Source: Antechinus flavipes (lineage: Eukaryota). Taken from it: a stretch of 64,000 nt of DNA. Both the position numbers and the translations under genes were made by a program. Below are positions 36,857 to 51,390 of the stretch, piece by piece. The stretch lies in NCBI RefSeq assembly GCF_016432865.1, contig NC_067400.1:578026001-578090000 (forward strand), read 5' to 3'. The notes beneath the pieces were generated by a model. It did not search any database. It was not told where the DNA came from and saw only the letters and a program-made list of their open reading frames with translations. Position 1 is the stretch's first letter. Each line of letters begins with the position of its first letter.

Positions 36857-37399
36857 ATGCCCACCCCCTCTCACAGGCCCTCTAGGACCAAGAGCTCCTG
36901 CTGTCCCCATGCTTCTCTGTCCCCCACAGCCACGGGCCCCGGTACAAGGGGACAGAGGAGATCTGGGGCTGGGGAAGGTGGGTGCCCATATCGCCCCTGC
37001 CCCATGAAGATACTTTTTCCGTCCTTGACCTTAAGCCTCCCCCAACTCCTGGAACAAACTCTGTTCACCTCCCTATTAGGGCTCCGTGTGCAATACGAGA
37101 CTTCAGGAAGAAGATATGGGAAAAGCTGGCCACTGATCCCCTTCTACTTCATTTTCCCACCCCACCGTGGGCCCAGGCTAGAAAGGCAAATGGGAATAGC
37201 AGCCACCTCTAGGTACATAGTGAGATTATGAATGTGCAGCCCTTTGGAACCTTAATCCAATATACAAATGTTCTCTACTATCACCATCATTATTATCATG
37301 ATTCCCCCAGAGCCCTTCCTGAGTCCATCAGAAATGAATCCTCAGTAGCTACTTCCTCACCCTCCATCCTCCATCCATCCCAATATAGAACCAGACTTA

Positions 37400-37417
37400 A
37401 ATAAAATCTACTTTATT
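37400..37417. terminator. Bidirectional poly(A) signals: AATAAA (+, 37400-37405) and AATAAA (-, 37412-37417)
   Basis: Sequence ttaaataaaatctactttatttag lies between the convergent C1orf232 and FAM110D stop codons. Confidence 0.65.
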
Positions 37418-37675
37418 TAGCATGTCTCCTGGACACAGCCCCACTCTCCCATCCCACCTCCCTCCCCCACTCCCCAGACCAAGCCTCCACAGGGGCCATG
37501 GGGTTACCCTCCCTCTCTCCAATTACTCCAACCTGGGTCCTGCCCCCTCAGCCAGAGCATCAGGCCTGGAACATCAGTGCTTTCCCACAGACAATGACTT
37601 GCCCCCCCTATGATCCATGGGGCCTTTGCCATTCCAGTAGGCAGGGAAGAGCCCAGCTCCCATACCACTGTCCCT

Positions 37676-38635
<960 letters not shown>

Positions 38636-40916
38636 TTAACTGAAACCAAATGACTGCCCAAGGTCTCTGAGTTAGTCCCTGGCAAAGCCAAGGTCTGAAC
38701 CTGGTTTTTTCCAAGTTTGGCTGTGGCTGAAGGGGCCAGAGTGACCAGGAATTGGTCCTGGGTCAGGTGACTAGATATCTAGACTCCCCCCAAGTCTTCC
38801 CAGTCACCCCACACCAAGCAAGGCCATGGGGGGCACATTCCTGAGCTGGGTGGGAGCTCAGCAGGAATAAAAAAAGAGAGACAGCTCCCATCCTCCAAGG
38901 CCTCACCCAGCCCAAATCCCGAAAGTGGCTCCAACCGGAAAAAATACCGCTTCCCAGCCTCAAAACTCCAGAGGCCAAGACAAAGCTGTCCACTCTGGGC
39001 TCCCGGGCCCAGCCACCCTCCCAGCCGGCCCCTCCTGCCTCCCGCCTCCACTGAGGTCCAGGATGTAACCACAGGGCGGGAGCCTCTAGTAATCATAGCT
39101 GGCCAGGACCTGCCCAGGCCCTTCCTGGACATTTAAAGGAGGGGAGGGGAGCAGTTCACCAGGGTCAACTCATACAGTCCCCTGCCTCCAGACAGACTCC
39201 TCATTCTTTCTCACTCCAGCCAGGGGCAAAGGTTTTCCTGTTTAGAGATTATATCTCATATTTCTTTCCTGTTAGAAGTGAGTATGTCTCTTTTCCTGTC
39301 TGAGTTTTATTTTTCTCATTTTCGAGATCCTCTCCAGTTCTAAATCCTACAATTCCCAAACTCTCCCCCCCATCTCTCCATCCAATATTCGTCCCTGCTT
39401 CGGTAACTCATTTTCCCCTTTCTGGATCTATTGGGCTAGCAGCCCCGTGGTGATCCTAAATATCTATCAGGAAGTGGTCAGTCATCTTTCCACTCCAAAG
39501 CTTTGTATTCAGGGCATGTTGTGTCTCTGAGAACCACAGAACCCCTGTGACCCCCTAACCTGACCTCCCAGCCACCCCACTCTCCATTGGGCTTCTGCAG
39601 AGGGAGGGCAGCTGGACAAGAGGGGCTGTAAATCAACTCCTGACAGGTCTAGAAGCAGCCCCCAGGGCTTCCAAACAGGACGGGGACCCGGCCACCCACA
39701 TGGCTCAAATCCTCATATCCTGCCCCTTTACCACCAGCTTGGGGAGGAGAAAGAGGAGGAGGAAACAGATCAGACCTCTGAGTGGGGCATAAGGAGAGGA
39801 CAGCAAAGGACATATTGGCAGGCAAGCAAGAAGAAAAAGAGAATGTACCCCAACCAGGGCATATGGGGAGAGTGTCCCCTTCCATAAGCATCCCGTTCAG
39901 CTGCCCCATTTTTCTGTCTTCAAAGCTCCCAGACCCTGACCCCAACAGGAGAGGAGGGGGGTGGAGGGAGGGGAGGGAAGAGGGCGGACACATAAATAGA
40001 GAGGAGACAAAGAAACACAGATTGGGGGGCAGAGAGTCAAGTGGTTGGGGGAGGCGACGGACTAAAGTGGGGTCGGATGTTAAGTCCTCCTAATTCATTT
40101 GTCTCAAACTTCCCCGGTATCAGAAAGACTGCACTTCAAACCCAGAGGAACGCGGGTCGGAATGAGGGGGTGCGCTGCAAGACCCAGTTCAGTACCAATA
40201 CAGAACCCAGCAAATCTAATCCCAAGACTGACCTTCGCGGGCCCTAAAGGGGCGAGGGGCCATAGACCCAGGGTACTTGGCCAGGGCAAGACTGTACTTA
40301 CCCTTTCGCCTTCCCAATCCTCCCCAGTGAACTTCTAAGCTTCAAGTAGCGAGCTATAAAAAGCGCCAAACTACTGGCTTTTTCTAATCATAGGACCCAA
40401 AATACTTAGCTGCCCACCCCTCTCCTCCCAGCTAGTGCCTTCGATTCGCCTCTGAGCCAACCGCAGACACATCACAACAGGGTCTCCATTACCCCAGTTC
40501 TTTCCAGCATCCGGACCTCAGGATGCGCACTGCCGAGACACTTCCCGCATGCCCCAGACAATGTCCAGTAGCCCTCCCGCCCCAAGGGAATGGTGGGAAG
40601 GGTGGGATACTCACCTCTCAGAAGATTACAAGTGAAACAAGGGAGCACGCACAGATTCAGTCAGATTGGAAGGACAGAAGTAACTGAGGCAGAAAGGAAC
40701 CCATCCCCTACTCTCCTCCCAGCAGGAAAGGTTTGGTTTTTAGAGTCCCTGGATTAACCCCTCCTTCTCCGCTAGCCCAGCCTCCATTAACCCCCTCCTT
40801 CCCCTCCGCCAGGATGACCAGTGGGTCTCTGTTGTTTCCTTCCGCTGTTTAGCACCACATCAGGAACTCAGAGGTAGAAGTGACCTTAAGAGTCGTGTGG
40901 TCAAAAATCCTCATTT

Positions 40917-41791
40917 AATAATTCACAACTTAGCAAAATCTCAGGATATAAAAAAGCAACCACATAAAGTATGGCTATTTCTAGATAGTACCAGCAAAGA
41001 TTGAAAGATAAATCCCATTTAAAATACCTGCCATTGATGTAAAATACTTGAGAATCTACCTGTCAAGACAAACCCAGGAATTATATGAACACAAGCTACA
41101 AAACGCTTTCACCCAAAGTCAGATCTAAATAATTGAAAAAAAATAATTTTTAATGGATAGACTGAGCCAATATATAAAAATGACAAACTTACCCAAATTA
41201 ATTTACTTAGTGCCAAAGAAATCATTTTTATAGAGCTAGAAAAAGAATTTAAAAATTTATCTGAAAGAAAAAAAATATTAAGAGAATCATTGAAAAAATC
41301 ATGAAAAAATAATTGAAAAAAAAGTGAAAAAAGATGGCTTAACAGTACCAGATCTCTTACTGTATTACAAAGTGGCAATCATCAAAATAATCTGGTACTG
41401 CCTAAGAAATAGAGTGGTAGATCAGTGGAATAGATTAGGTACACAATACACAGTAGTAAATCCAGTATTTGACAAATCCAAAGATCTAAATTTTTAGGAC
41501 AAGAACTCACTATTTAATAAAAATTGCTGGGAAAACTAGAAAAGTAATTTGACTGAAAGTAGGGATAAATCAACAACTCATAATACCACTTCCCAAAATA
41601 AGGTCAAAATGGGCATTTGATTTATATCTAAGGATAGTATAAGCAAATTAGGGGAGTGTTAAATAGTTTACCTGTCATATTTTTGGATAAATGAAGAATT
41701 TATGACCAAATGAGATAAAAAGTATTACAGCATATAAAATGGATAATTTTGATTACATAAAATTAAAAAGGTTTTGCACAAACAAAAGACG

Positions 41792-41837
<46 letters not shown>

Positions 41838-42590
41838 TGTAGCCACAATTAGAAGGAAAACAGGCAATTGGGGAGGGGGCAAATTTCTGTCTCAAAAAAA
41901 TCTCATTTCTGAAATATATAGAGAATGGAGTCAAATTTATAAGAACATTGCCCAACTGATAAATGGTTAAAGGATATGAACAAGTAGTTTCCAAAAGAAG
42001 AAATCAAAATTATTGATTGTCACATGAAAAAATGCTTTAAATCACAACTGATTAAAGATAGGCAGATTAAAACAACTCTGAAACCACTTCATACCTATTA
42101 AATTGGCTAATGTGACAAAAAATGAAAATGAAAATGTTGGAAAAGATATAGAAAAATCAAGACACTAATGAACTGATCCAACCATTCTGGAAAACAATTT
42201 GGAACTACACCAAAAGATCTATAAAGCAGAGCATATCCTTTAACTGGCAATACTACTATTCGGTATATACCTCAAAAAGATCAAAGAAAAAGGGGAAAGG
42301 ATCTACATACACAAAAATATTTAAAGGCAGATCTTTTTGTGGTGATGAAAAATGGGACGTTGAAGGGATGACTTCAATATTCTCCTCAATACAATGTATC
42401 CAAGAGAATTTTGAAGGAGTTAATGATGAATGATACTTATCCACCTCCAGAGAAAGAACTAATGACATCTAAATGCAGATTGAAACACACCTTATTTTAT
42501 TTTATTATTCTTGGGTGGGTTTTTTTTTTTTTGCAACATGACTAATATGGAAATGTCTGAGTGACTATATATGTATAATTTATATCAAAT
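40917..42590 (+). mobile_element. Old L1 ORF2/3' UTR fragment (tail resumes at 43499-43625)
   Basis: A-rich degenerate RT/C-terminal L1 sequence (sk.sGyK, YYKVAIIKIIWYC, PYTSKRS), with an internal (AC)n at about 41795-41833. Confidence 0.8.
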
Positions 42591-42604
42591 TGCTTGCTTT
42601 GTTT

Positions 42605-42737
42605 TGAGCAATTAGTGTTAAGTGAGTTGTCCAGGATCACCCAGCTAGTAAGTGCTAAGTGTCTGAGGCTGAATTTGAACTCAGATCCTCCTGATTCTAG
42701 GGCCAGTGCTCTATCCACTATGCCATCTAGCTACCCC
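42605..42737 (-). mobile_element. Short tRNA-derived SINE (WSINE1-like)
   Basis: Reverse complement of ggggtagctagatggcatagtggatagagcactggccctagaatcaggaggatctgagttcaaattcagcctcagacac. Confidence 0.7.
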
Positions 42738-42750
42738 ATGCTTACCTTCT

Positions 42751-43498
42751 TTTTTATGTTAAATTCAATATATGTATACATGTTTATACAATTATCATGG
42801 TGCACAAGAAAAATTAGATCAAAAAAGGAAAAAAAAGAGAGAAAGCAAACAAGAGTGAAAATGCTGCATTGTGATCCACATTCAATTCCCACAGTCCTCT
42901 CTCTGGGTGCAGATAGCGATCTCCAACACAAGGTCATTGGAACTGAATCATCTCATTGTTGAAAAGAGCCCCATCCATCAGAATTGATCATTGTATAATC
43001 TTATTGTTGTGTACAATGACCTCCTGGTTCTATTCATTTCACTTAGCATCAGTTCCTGTAAGTCTCTCCAGGCTTCTCTGAAATCATCCTGTTGCTTGTT
43101 TCTTATACAACAATAATATTCCATAGCATTCATATACCATAACTTGTTCAGCCATTCCCCAATTGATGGGCATCCACTCAGTTTCCAGCTTCTGGCCACT
43201 ACAAAAAGGGCTGCCACAAACATTTTTGCACAAGTGGGTGCATTTCCCTCTTTTAAAATCTCTTTGGGATATAAGCCCAGTAGAAACACTGCTGTATCAA
43301 AGGATATGCTTTTTTTGATAGCCCTTTGGGTATAGTTCCAAATTGCTCTCCAAAATGGTTGAATCAGTTCACAACTCCACCAATAATGTATTAGTGTCCC
43401 AGTTTTCCCACATCCCTTCCAACATTCGTCATTATCTTTTCCTGTCATCTTAGACGATCTGAGAGATATGTAGTGGTATCCCAGAGTTGTCTTAATTT
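42751..43498 (-). mobile_element. 5'-truncated L1 with 14-bp TSD
   Basis: ORF 42978-43448 is an L1 ORF2 C-terminus (CWKGCGKTGTLIHYWWSC); TSD catgcttaccttct at 42737-42750 and 43499-43512. Confidence 0.9.
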
Positions 43499-45464
43499 CA
43501 TGCTTACCTTCTCAAAAGAAGAGAAAAAAGAGAATGAGAGAATTTGGAACTCAAAATTTTAAAAAACAAACGTTAAAAATTTTTTGTTTATGTGTAATTG
43601 AGAAGATAAAATAAAATGATAAAAAATACTTATTTACAGATGAAGAATCTGAGATCTAAAGAGCTTCAGTGATTCTCCAAGTGGAGAGGTGATAAGTAGA
43701 AGGATTAAAATTTGAATTTAGGATCATAGCATTTAAAGCTGAAAGAGAGACCTTAAAGACCAATTAGTCATTTTACAGATGAGGAAACTGAGACCCAGAA
43801 AAAGCAAGTGTCCAAGAGCATGTGGTCCAATGGGAAAGTTTAAATTAGAATCAGGTCCTCTGATTCCAAGTCAGATGTTCCATATCACACTGCTTCCCAC
43901 CATTTTGTGATAAGAAGCCTCTAAGATTTAGAGGAAGAAGAAAACGAAGAAACCAGCTAGTTCTGTCTTCTCATCTCGTACCTAATGTGTACATACTCTC
44001 CCTTTTTCTCTTAGTTTCCTATAGAGCTGGAGAGTACAACTGATTCCAGGTAGACCTTCACTGCTACAGTTTCATTCAATTCAACAGACATGTTTTAAGG
44101 ATCTACTGGGTGGAGGAAAGAGCTAAACCTTTGGCAATTTAAGATGCTTTTAAAAATAAATTTATATTGATATTTTTTGTCTTTGCATCACTTCTGTTTC
44201 CCATTGTATACCTCCCTCTCTTCCCCTATTAAGAGACCATTCCTTATAAAAAGAATGAAAAAAATAATAAAACAATTCATTAAAATGAACCAATATCTCC
44301 AAAAAGTCTAATATTGTCTTCTGCATTCCATACCCATAGTCTCCTACCTCTACCCAGGAAGGGAGGGGTGAGGAGGAGGTACTTTCTCACATCTCTTCTG
44401 TGAAACCAAGCTTGGATATTATAATTCAAATGTTTTGTTATTTCTCTTCTTTTCATTTATATTGTTGTAATCCTTATGCATACAATTTTCCTAGTTCTAC
44501 AGACCAGCAAAGTTCTTTTAATGACCCCAGGCAAGTTCCTCTTTGAAATAACTGTCCATCTTTTTAATATCAAAGTTAAATCAGGGCTGGTGATTCCAAG
44601 TTAAGACTAACCCAAAGGACAGTGGAAGGGGCACTCCACAATAATATTGTGGAGACTCAAGAAAAAATGGCAGTGGATAAAATGACATCAAAGAAATGCC
44701 CCATCAAAAAAAAAAAAGAATATGGACTAATTACAAATCAAGATGGGAGTATGACAAATGGATAGCCCCAAAGCCCACTGATGATCCTCTCAAGATGTCA
44801 AGAAAGCTCCAGGGAGATCCAGTATGCTGAGTGGATGCTCTGTGACTCATTTATGGGGGGACATAGATGAGGGTTATATGGAATAAGTAAACAAGAATGA
44901 ATTGCTAGAAGAAGTAACAGTTGTTTAATTGTTTTCATTACTCTCTGATCCTTTTTGAGGTTTTCTTGGCAAAGACACTAGTATGGTTTGCCATTTCTTC
45001 CTTCAACACATTTTACAGATAAGGAAACTGAGGTAAATGGGCTTGAATGACTTGTCCAGGGTTAGTAAATGCTTAACATTTATAGACTGCTTTATGAATG
45101 CTATCCCTCAAAACAATCCTCTGAGGTTCTAACCCCTATTTTACAGAAGCTGATGGTTTAAGTGACTTTGGCCAGAGTTACATAGCTAGTAAGAATCTGA
45201 GGAGTGAGAAAGGGAGAGAATGAGAATTTATATAGAACCTACCATGTACCAGGTACTATGCTAAATATATGTGTGCTTTTCCCCTTTGATCTTGACAGTA
45301 ATTCTGGAAAATACGTGCTATTATAATCTCCATGTTACAGCTAAATAAATTGAAGCAAATAGATTACATGACTAGCTCTGGGAAACAGAGGGTCTGAGGT
45401 TAGTTTTGAATTCAGATCTTTCTCACTCCAAGCATATCATTCCAGACCCTAGCTATCTCTAAAG

Positions 45465-45660
45465 CAGGAATTTTAAAATCTGGAGTTCATGGATAGATTT
45501 GGGGGAGATCCATGATTCTTTTTTCATATTGCTGCAACTATTTCAATATAATCAGTTTCCATTTGTAAATGCCATGTTTTATACTTTATTGTGTATATTT
45601 TGCATTTAAAAACATTATTCTGAGAAGGGGTTCATATAACAAAAAGGTTAAGAACCCCTG
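45465..45660 (+). mobile_element. hAT-Charlie (Charlie4-like) MITE remnant
   Basis: gcatttaaaaacattattctgagaagggg...aaaaggttaagaacccctg terminus. Confidence 0.6.
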
Positions 45661-47760
45661 CTCTAGTGTGAAATAGTCTGCAGGTCAGGAGTATCTGGGT
45701 TCCTGCCTCTGCTGAAAATCAGCTGTTTCACTCTGGGCAAGTCCCTTCACCTCTCTTTGCCTCAGGCAGTTTTCTAAGACTGTTTTGTGGACCAGGTACT
45801 GATCTCATTGGCAGAGGGAGTTTCCTTACTGGGAGTTCTTTATGCCAAGGAAATCAGAGATCCAGACAATAAAAACACTTTTCTTTCTTTTTTTTTTTTT
45901 AAAGTAAGGAACGGTGCCATATTCTATCCAAAGACAAAAACAGCCTTCAGGGAGTTTATATTTCAACATGGGTTAGGTCAGTCAACAAACGTTTATTAAG
46001 GACTCCCGGTGTGCCCAGGCACCGTGCTAAATGCTAAATACAAAGACAGGCATAAAACAAAACCATCTGAAGTCCCTTCCATCACATTCAGAGAGTTTGT
46101 CTGGAGTCTTGAATGCATGCAGAGCAGCCTTAGATTAGTAGTATAGTATAGTAGTAGTATAGTATGGTATAGTATAGTATATATGGCTTTTTCTGGCCAG
46201 GAGTCTCTGGTAGAATAAATGCTATTCAGGAAGGACTGCTGGAGGCTTCCCATTCAGAGCCATCTGATGGCCAGTGAGCCTGGTTTAAAATGGGTTCCTG
46301 AACATAAAGATGGATAGGTGGGTGTTAGGGGTGTTTGGTGATTCTGAAGAATGTTCTAATTCCCTCTGCCTTTACTTTTCCTTTTACTCTGATCCTCTCC
46401 CCTGGAAACATCTGAAATGGCAGCAGCTGTGGGAAGATGAGAATTCTAATCCTTCTCCTTCTCCCCAGCTAGAGAAATCATTTAGATGGAAAGACTTTAC
46501 CAGCTTTAAGAATCTGGCACCAGCAGGTGCCCTCTGATCACTCCAACATCCCAATCATCCTACCTAGCCAAAGAGGGCTTTGTGGCAACAAGCAGGTAAT
46601 TTACTCTCTTCAGCACTCAATTTCTTCCTTGTAAGTACCAAATTCACATGAAAAGGTTGGACTAAATGATTTCTAAAAACTTTTTCAGCTCTGATATTCT
46701 AAGGTCCTCCCAGCCCCTACATTCTTTGTTGCAAGACTCCTTCTACCCTTGACATTTGATATTCTGAGACCCCTTCCAGGTTAACATTCCATGTTCTAAG
46801 ATCTCTTGCAGTCCTGTCATTCTATTTTCTAAAAGTCTGTCTTTTAGACTAATGCTGTCAGATTCAGATAGAAATAGGGGCTACTATATATACTATATAT
46901 ATGTATATATATATACATAAATATTCTTATGAGCTAGATGTTGAGCACGTTTTTAAGATGTTTTTATTTCCCTGTAACATTTTAATCTGGTTCTGGCATC
47001 ACTCAGGAGAGTTCTAGGTCATCTCTGAATCTTCACTCCATGATTCTAAGGAGTACCTAGTTACACAACATGACAGAAATGGAAATATGTTTAAAGGAAT
47101 TGTACATATTTAACCTATATCAGATTACTTGCTATTTGGGAGAGAAGGAGTTAAGAGAGGTAGAGAAAACAATTTGGAACACAAAGTCTTACATAGCTAT
47201 CTTTACATGTATTTGGAAAAATAAAATACTACTGAAAAGGAAAAAAAAATACCTAGGAATTGCCCCCTATTTTCTAGAAAAGGCATAAAGTAGGAGATGG
47301 TCTGTAAATGATTCCCTATTCAACCTTCTCTGGACCTCAGTTCTTCATCAGTAGAATGGTCACTATTCACTGTTGTGTCCTGTTTCTCTATCAGGATCAA
47401 ATGAGAAAATGGTTAGTTGGAAAAGCGCTTTAGAAAGGAGAAGCCCTTCTCACGGGTGCACATTCAATTCACAGAGAATAATCCAGGAGCAAAATGAAAT
47501 GCAAAGCCCACAGAAACAAAGGATAAGAAAGAACTTTGAACAGGAAATATCAGAACTGGGAGGGATTATACAGAATAGAATCCCAGAACTGAGAGTGGAA
47601 GGGACCTCAGAGGCCATTTAGTTCAATCCATTTCCCCATTTTACAGATGAGGAAACTGAGGATCAGGAATGCTAAAGAACTTGTCTAAGATCCCCCATAT
47701 AATAAGTATAAAAAGTGGTATTTGAACCCAGGTCCTCTGGCTTCAGAACCACTGTTCTTT

Positions 47761-48340
47761 AGCTTTTGTTGTAGTGGCAAGGAATTAGAAATTGAGTGGA
47801 TGCCCATCAGTTAGGGAATGGTTGAATAAGTTATAGTATATGAATATAATGGAATAATATTGTTCTATAAAAAATGATGAGAAAAAAAGCCTAGAAAGAC
47901 GTCCATGAACTGATGCTAAGTGAAAAGAACCAAGAGAACATTGTACATAATAATAGCGGGATTATTTGATGATCAATTTTAATAGACTTAGCTCTTCTCA
48001 GCAATGTGGTGATTTAATCCCAATAGATTTGGGATAGAAAATACTATCCACATCCAGAAAGAGAACTATGGGAACTGAATGTAGACTGACGCATAATATT
48101 TTCACCTTTTTTGTTTTTGGTTTTTCTTTCTTGTGATTTTCTCCTTTTTGGTCTGATTTTTCTTGCACAATATAACGAACATAGGAATATGTTTAAAAGG
48201 ATTGTACATGTTTAATTTATATCAGGTTGTTAGCTGTTTTGAGGAGGAAAAAAATTGTAACACAAAATCTTACAAAAATGAATGCTGAAAACTATCTTTA
48301 TGTGTATTTTGAAAAATAAGATGCTATTGGGTGGAGGGAA
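47761..48340 (+). mobile_element. L1 3' end
   Basis: Degenerate GCPSVREWLNKL / ELMLSE-coding sequence and 3' UTR, similar to the other L1 copies. Confidence 0.8.
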
Positions 48341-50599
48341 AGAACCACTGCTTTTTCTTCTAAACCATATTGTTAGAGTCAGGAGTCCTGATATCTTTGG
48401 GATTATTTGGATTCAGTCTATTGAATTTGGATTTGAATCCTGAGCAAATTTACTCACCTTCTCTAGCCTTAGAAATTTCCTCATTCATAAAATGAGCAGG
48501 CTAGAACCACATGTTTTCTAAGATTTCTTCCAACCCTATAACCTATCAATAACTAGTAAAAATCTATTGAACACTCATTTTATGTTTGTTAATGGCCAAA
48601 CATTCAGTTTTCCTGGTTTCATCCTCACAACTGGAAAGGGGCTATGAAAGGTCATTTTGCTAGACCTTCCATTCTCATCCATCCTATGCCCTTTTTAAGG
48701 CCCTATCTACTTCCATAGGAAAATCCAGGCCAATTTGGGAAACAATATAGGATCTGGTAGTGAAAGGGTTAAGCTTGAAGTGGCTAGAGAGGCTGGGTTG
48801 GGTCCAGCTGGGACATTGTCTAAGGCAGGAAACCTCTCTCCCTTTGGGGGCTGGGGGGAGCAGCAGGAGGCTGCTGTTGTGTCTGACAAGAGCCCTGCCT
48901 GATTTGGTCTGCAAGTATTAACTGGGGTGAATGAGCTCTTTATCCCCCACTATGAATCCATGTAACCTCACCCCAAATCTTCCAAGCTTACCTAGGGGGC
49001 ATCATCAAAGGAAGAGAATAGACTTCTGTCCTTGGAAAGACTTCCCTTTAGATGGGAGAGAACTCAGTCCTCAATCTTAAGGAGGGTGTTGTCTGAGGGG
49101 GGAGTTAGGATACCTACTTTAAGGAGCTCCCTGTTTGGGAGGAAGAGACACTGTTTCTCCCTCTGACAGCTCCTTATCAGATGGGACAGGACACACAGGA
49201 GTAGTGACAAGGACAGAGCTGGAATTGATGGAGACTGAAAGAGCTAGGTGGGGTTAGTCAAGGAATGCTCCCTGGAGGAAGAGACAGGGATCATGTGAAC
49301 AGCTCTGAGAGGGCAAAAGACCAGGGATGACAGTACATCTCCACATCTTTACACTGGCCCTTTGCACTGGTACATCCCATGCTTAGAAAGCTTTTCCTCT
49401 TTACCACAGTCTATTAAAATCCCTGGCTTCCCTCAAGTTTCTGAGTGACTTTTCCTAATACTAAACTCTGAGTCTGTACCTGCAAGTAATCTCTTCAGGT
49501 TACTTTGTATCCCCATAGTTTCTTTGTATCTATTTGTTATCTCTCATTAGATCCTCAACTGTTTCTCCCTTTTCTTTGTATCCTCCATATGCTTGGCCCT
49601 GGGTCCTGCACACAGTAAGAATTTAATTGTTTTACCTTAATAACCATCTAGCTCTGGCATTCTTAACCTGTTTTTGATCATGGTCTCTTCTGGCAGTATC
49701 TTGAGAAGCCTAGGGAATCCTTCTTAGAATCATGTTTTGTTTTGTTTTTTAATACATCAATAGAATACCCAGGAATAAAAGGAAACTAATTACACTGAAA
49801 TACAGTTCTGAGATTATCTTTAAATTCAAGCTCACCCAGCCCAGATTAATGACACCTGGTCTGGCCCAGCTACTCGTGGGATCTCTTAGGATTCTGCAGC
49901 CCAGACAAGTGGGGAGTCCCTCAGGGTCATAGCCCCTGGATTCTAGTCCAGGACTTCTGACTGCCTATGGATCACTTTCCCCCTCAGGTAACTGAGGTGC
50001 CCAGGGACCAGGACTTCTCCAATCTCTGCTCCCTCTTTCCCTCCCTCCCCCACTTTCCCTGAACCGGATGTTCTCTTTTCCTGGCCTCAGGTCCCCTGAG
50101 AGCTCCCAGAAGAGACTTCTTCCTGCAGCAGTTACTGGAGCCTCGCCCACAGGGCAGTCAGGATGGGGAGGGCGAAGAGGGGGTGCAAGGTCTGAGCCTG
50201 AGACACATTTCCTTCCTCTGCCCAAGCCTCATTCTCGGATCACCTCTAGGGTTCGGGAAGGGGCCTGACTCATGATGGCTCCTTGGGGGTGAGGAGGGAA
50301 GGGCAGAGGGGACTATGGGAGCTTGCACTCCAATGAGATTCAAAGCTAAGGAGATAGAAGATGGGAGAGCAGGTGAAGAGATCCTAGTAGGGTTTGGGCC
50401 GAAGTGAGTCACACCAATGAACATTCTTTAAGCAGTTACTATTCATGCATTTATACTGTACTTAAAACTAGAGATACCAAAAAAAAAATCAAAACCCTCA
50501 CCACCAACAAAACAACATGGTTCCTGCCCTGGAAGAGCCAACATTCTGATGGGAGAAACAGCATGCAAATAACCATGGCCTTATAAGCCATCTCTGGAG

Positions 50600-51390
50600 G
50601 AGAAAGCATTAATGTTGGGAGAATGGACAAGGCCTCCTCTGAGAGTGGGAAGTGGGGGGGAAAGAGCCTTCCAGGTATGGGGGACAGATGGCCAAAGCAA
50701 AGCAGTGAGTTTATGGGAGGATTGGCTCTGGAACTTTAAGAAAGCCACTGTTTGTGAATCATATACACAGAGAGTATTTGAAAAGATTTGTAAAGTAGGA
50801 AGGGAGCAATGTTATAAAAGGCTTTGGATACCAAACAAAGATGTTTTATTTGTCTGGAGGTAATTGGGAGCCATTGTAAGAGGAGAGAAAGGGGACTATT
50901 GTGAAAGTAGACATGGTAAGGCTTGAGAAGAGAGTGGCCTGGAGGTGAATAAGAGTGGAAAATGGATGATGACATGGAGATTTGAAGCCAGGGTGACTGG
51001 GAGCATAGGGATGCCCCTAACAGTCAAATGAAAAGTGAGAAGAAGAGAAGGTTTGGGGTAAAAGATAATGAATTCTGCTTTGGATCAGTTGAGTTTGACA
51101 TCAAATTTAAGATATTCAAGAGGCAACAGGAAAAAAGTTTTAGACCTGGAATCATTTGAATAAAGGTTAATTGAACCCCTGGGAGTGAAAGAGATCATCA
51201 AATGAGAAAGTAGAGGGAAAAGAGGACCTAGGACAGAGAACCTGGGGGATACCCCCACCTTTATGACTAGCAGGCATGATCTGCGTGATGGATGAATCAG
51301 CAAAGGAGACTGAAAAGGATCAGTTAGATAAGTATGAGCAGAACCAGAAGACAGCAAGGTCATGAAAACCTCTTAGAAAGGAGAATCTCA
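50600..51390 (-). mobile_element. L2 LINE remnant
   Basis: Peptide VSPRFSVLGPLF (RT GVPQGSVLGPLLF-like). Confidence 0.6.
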
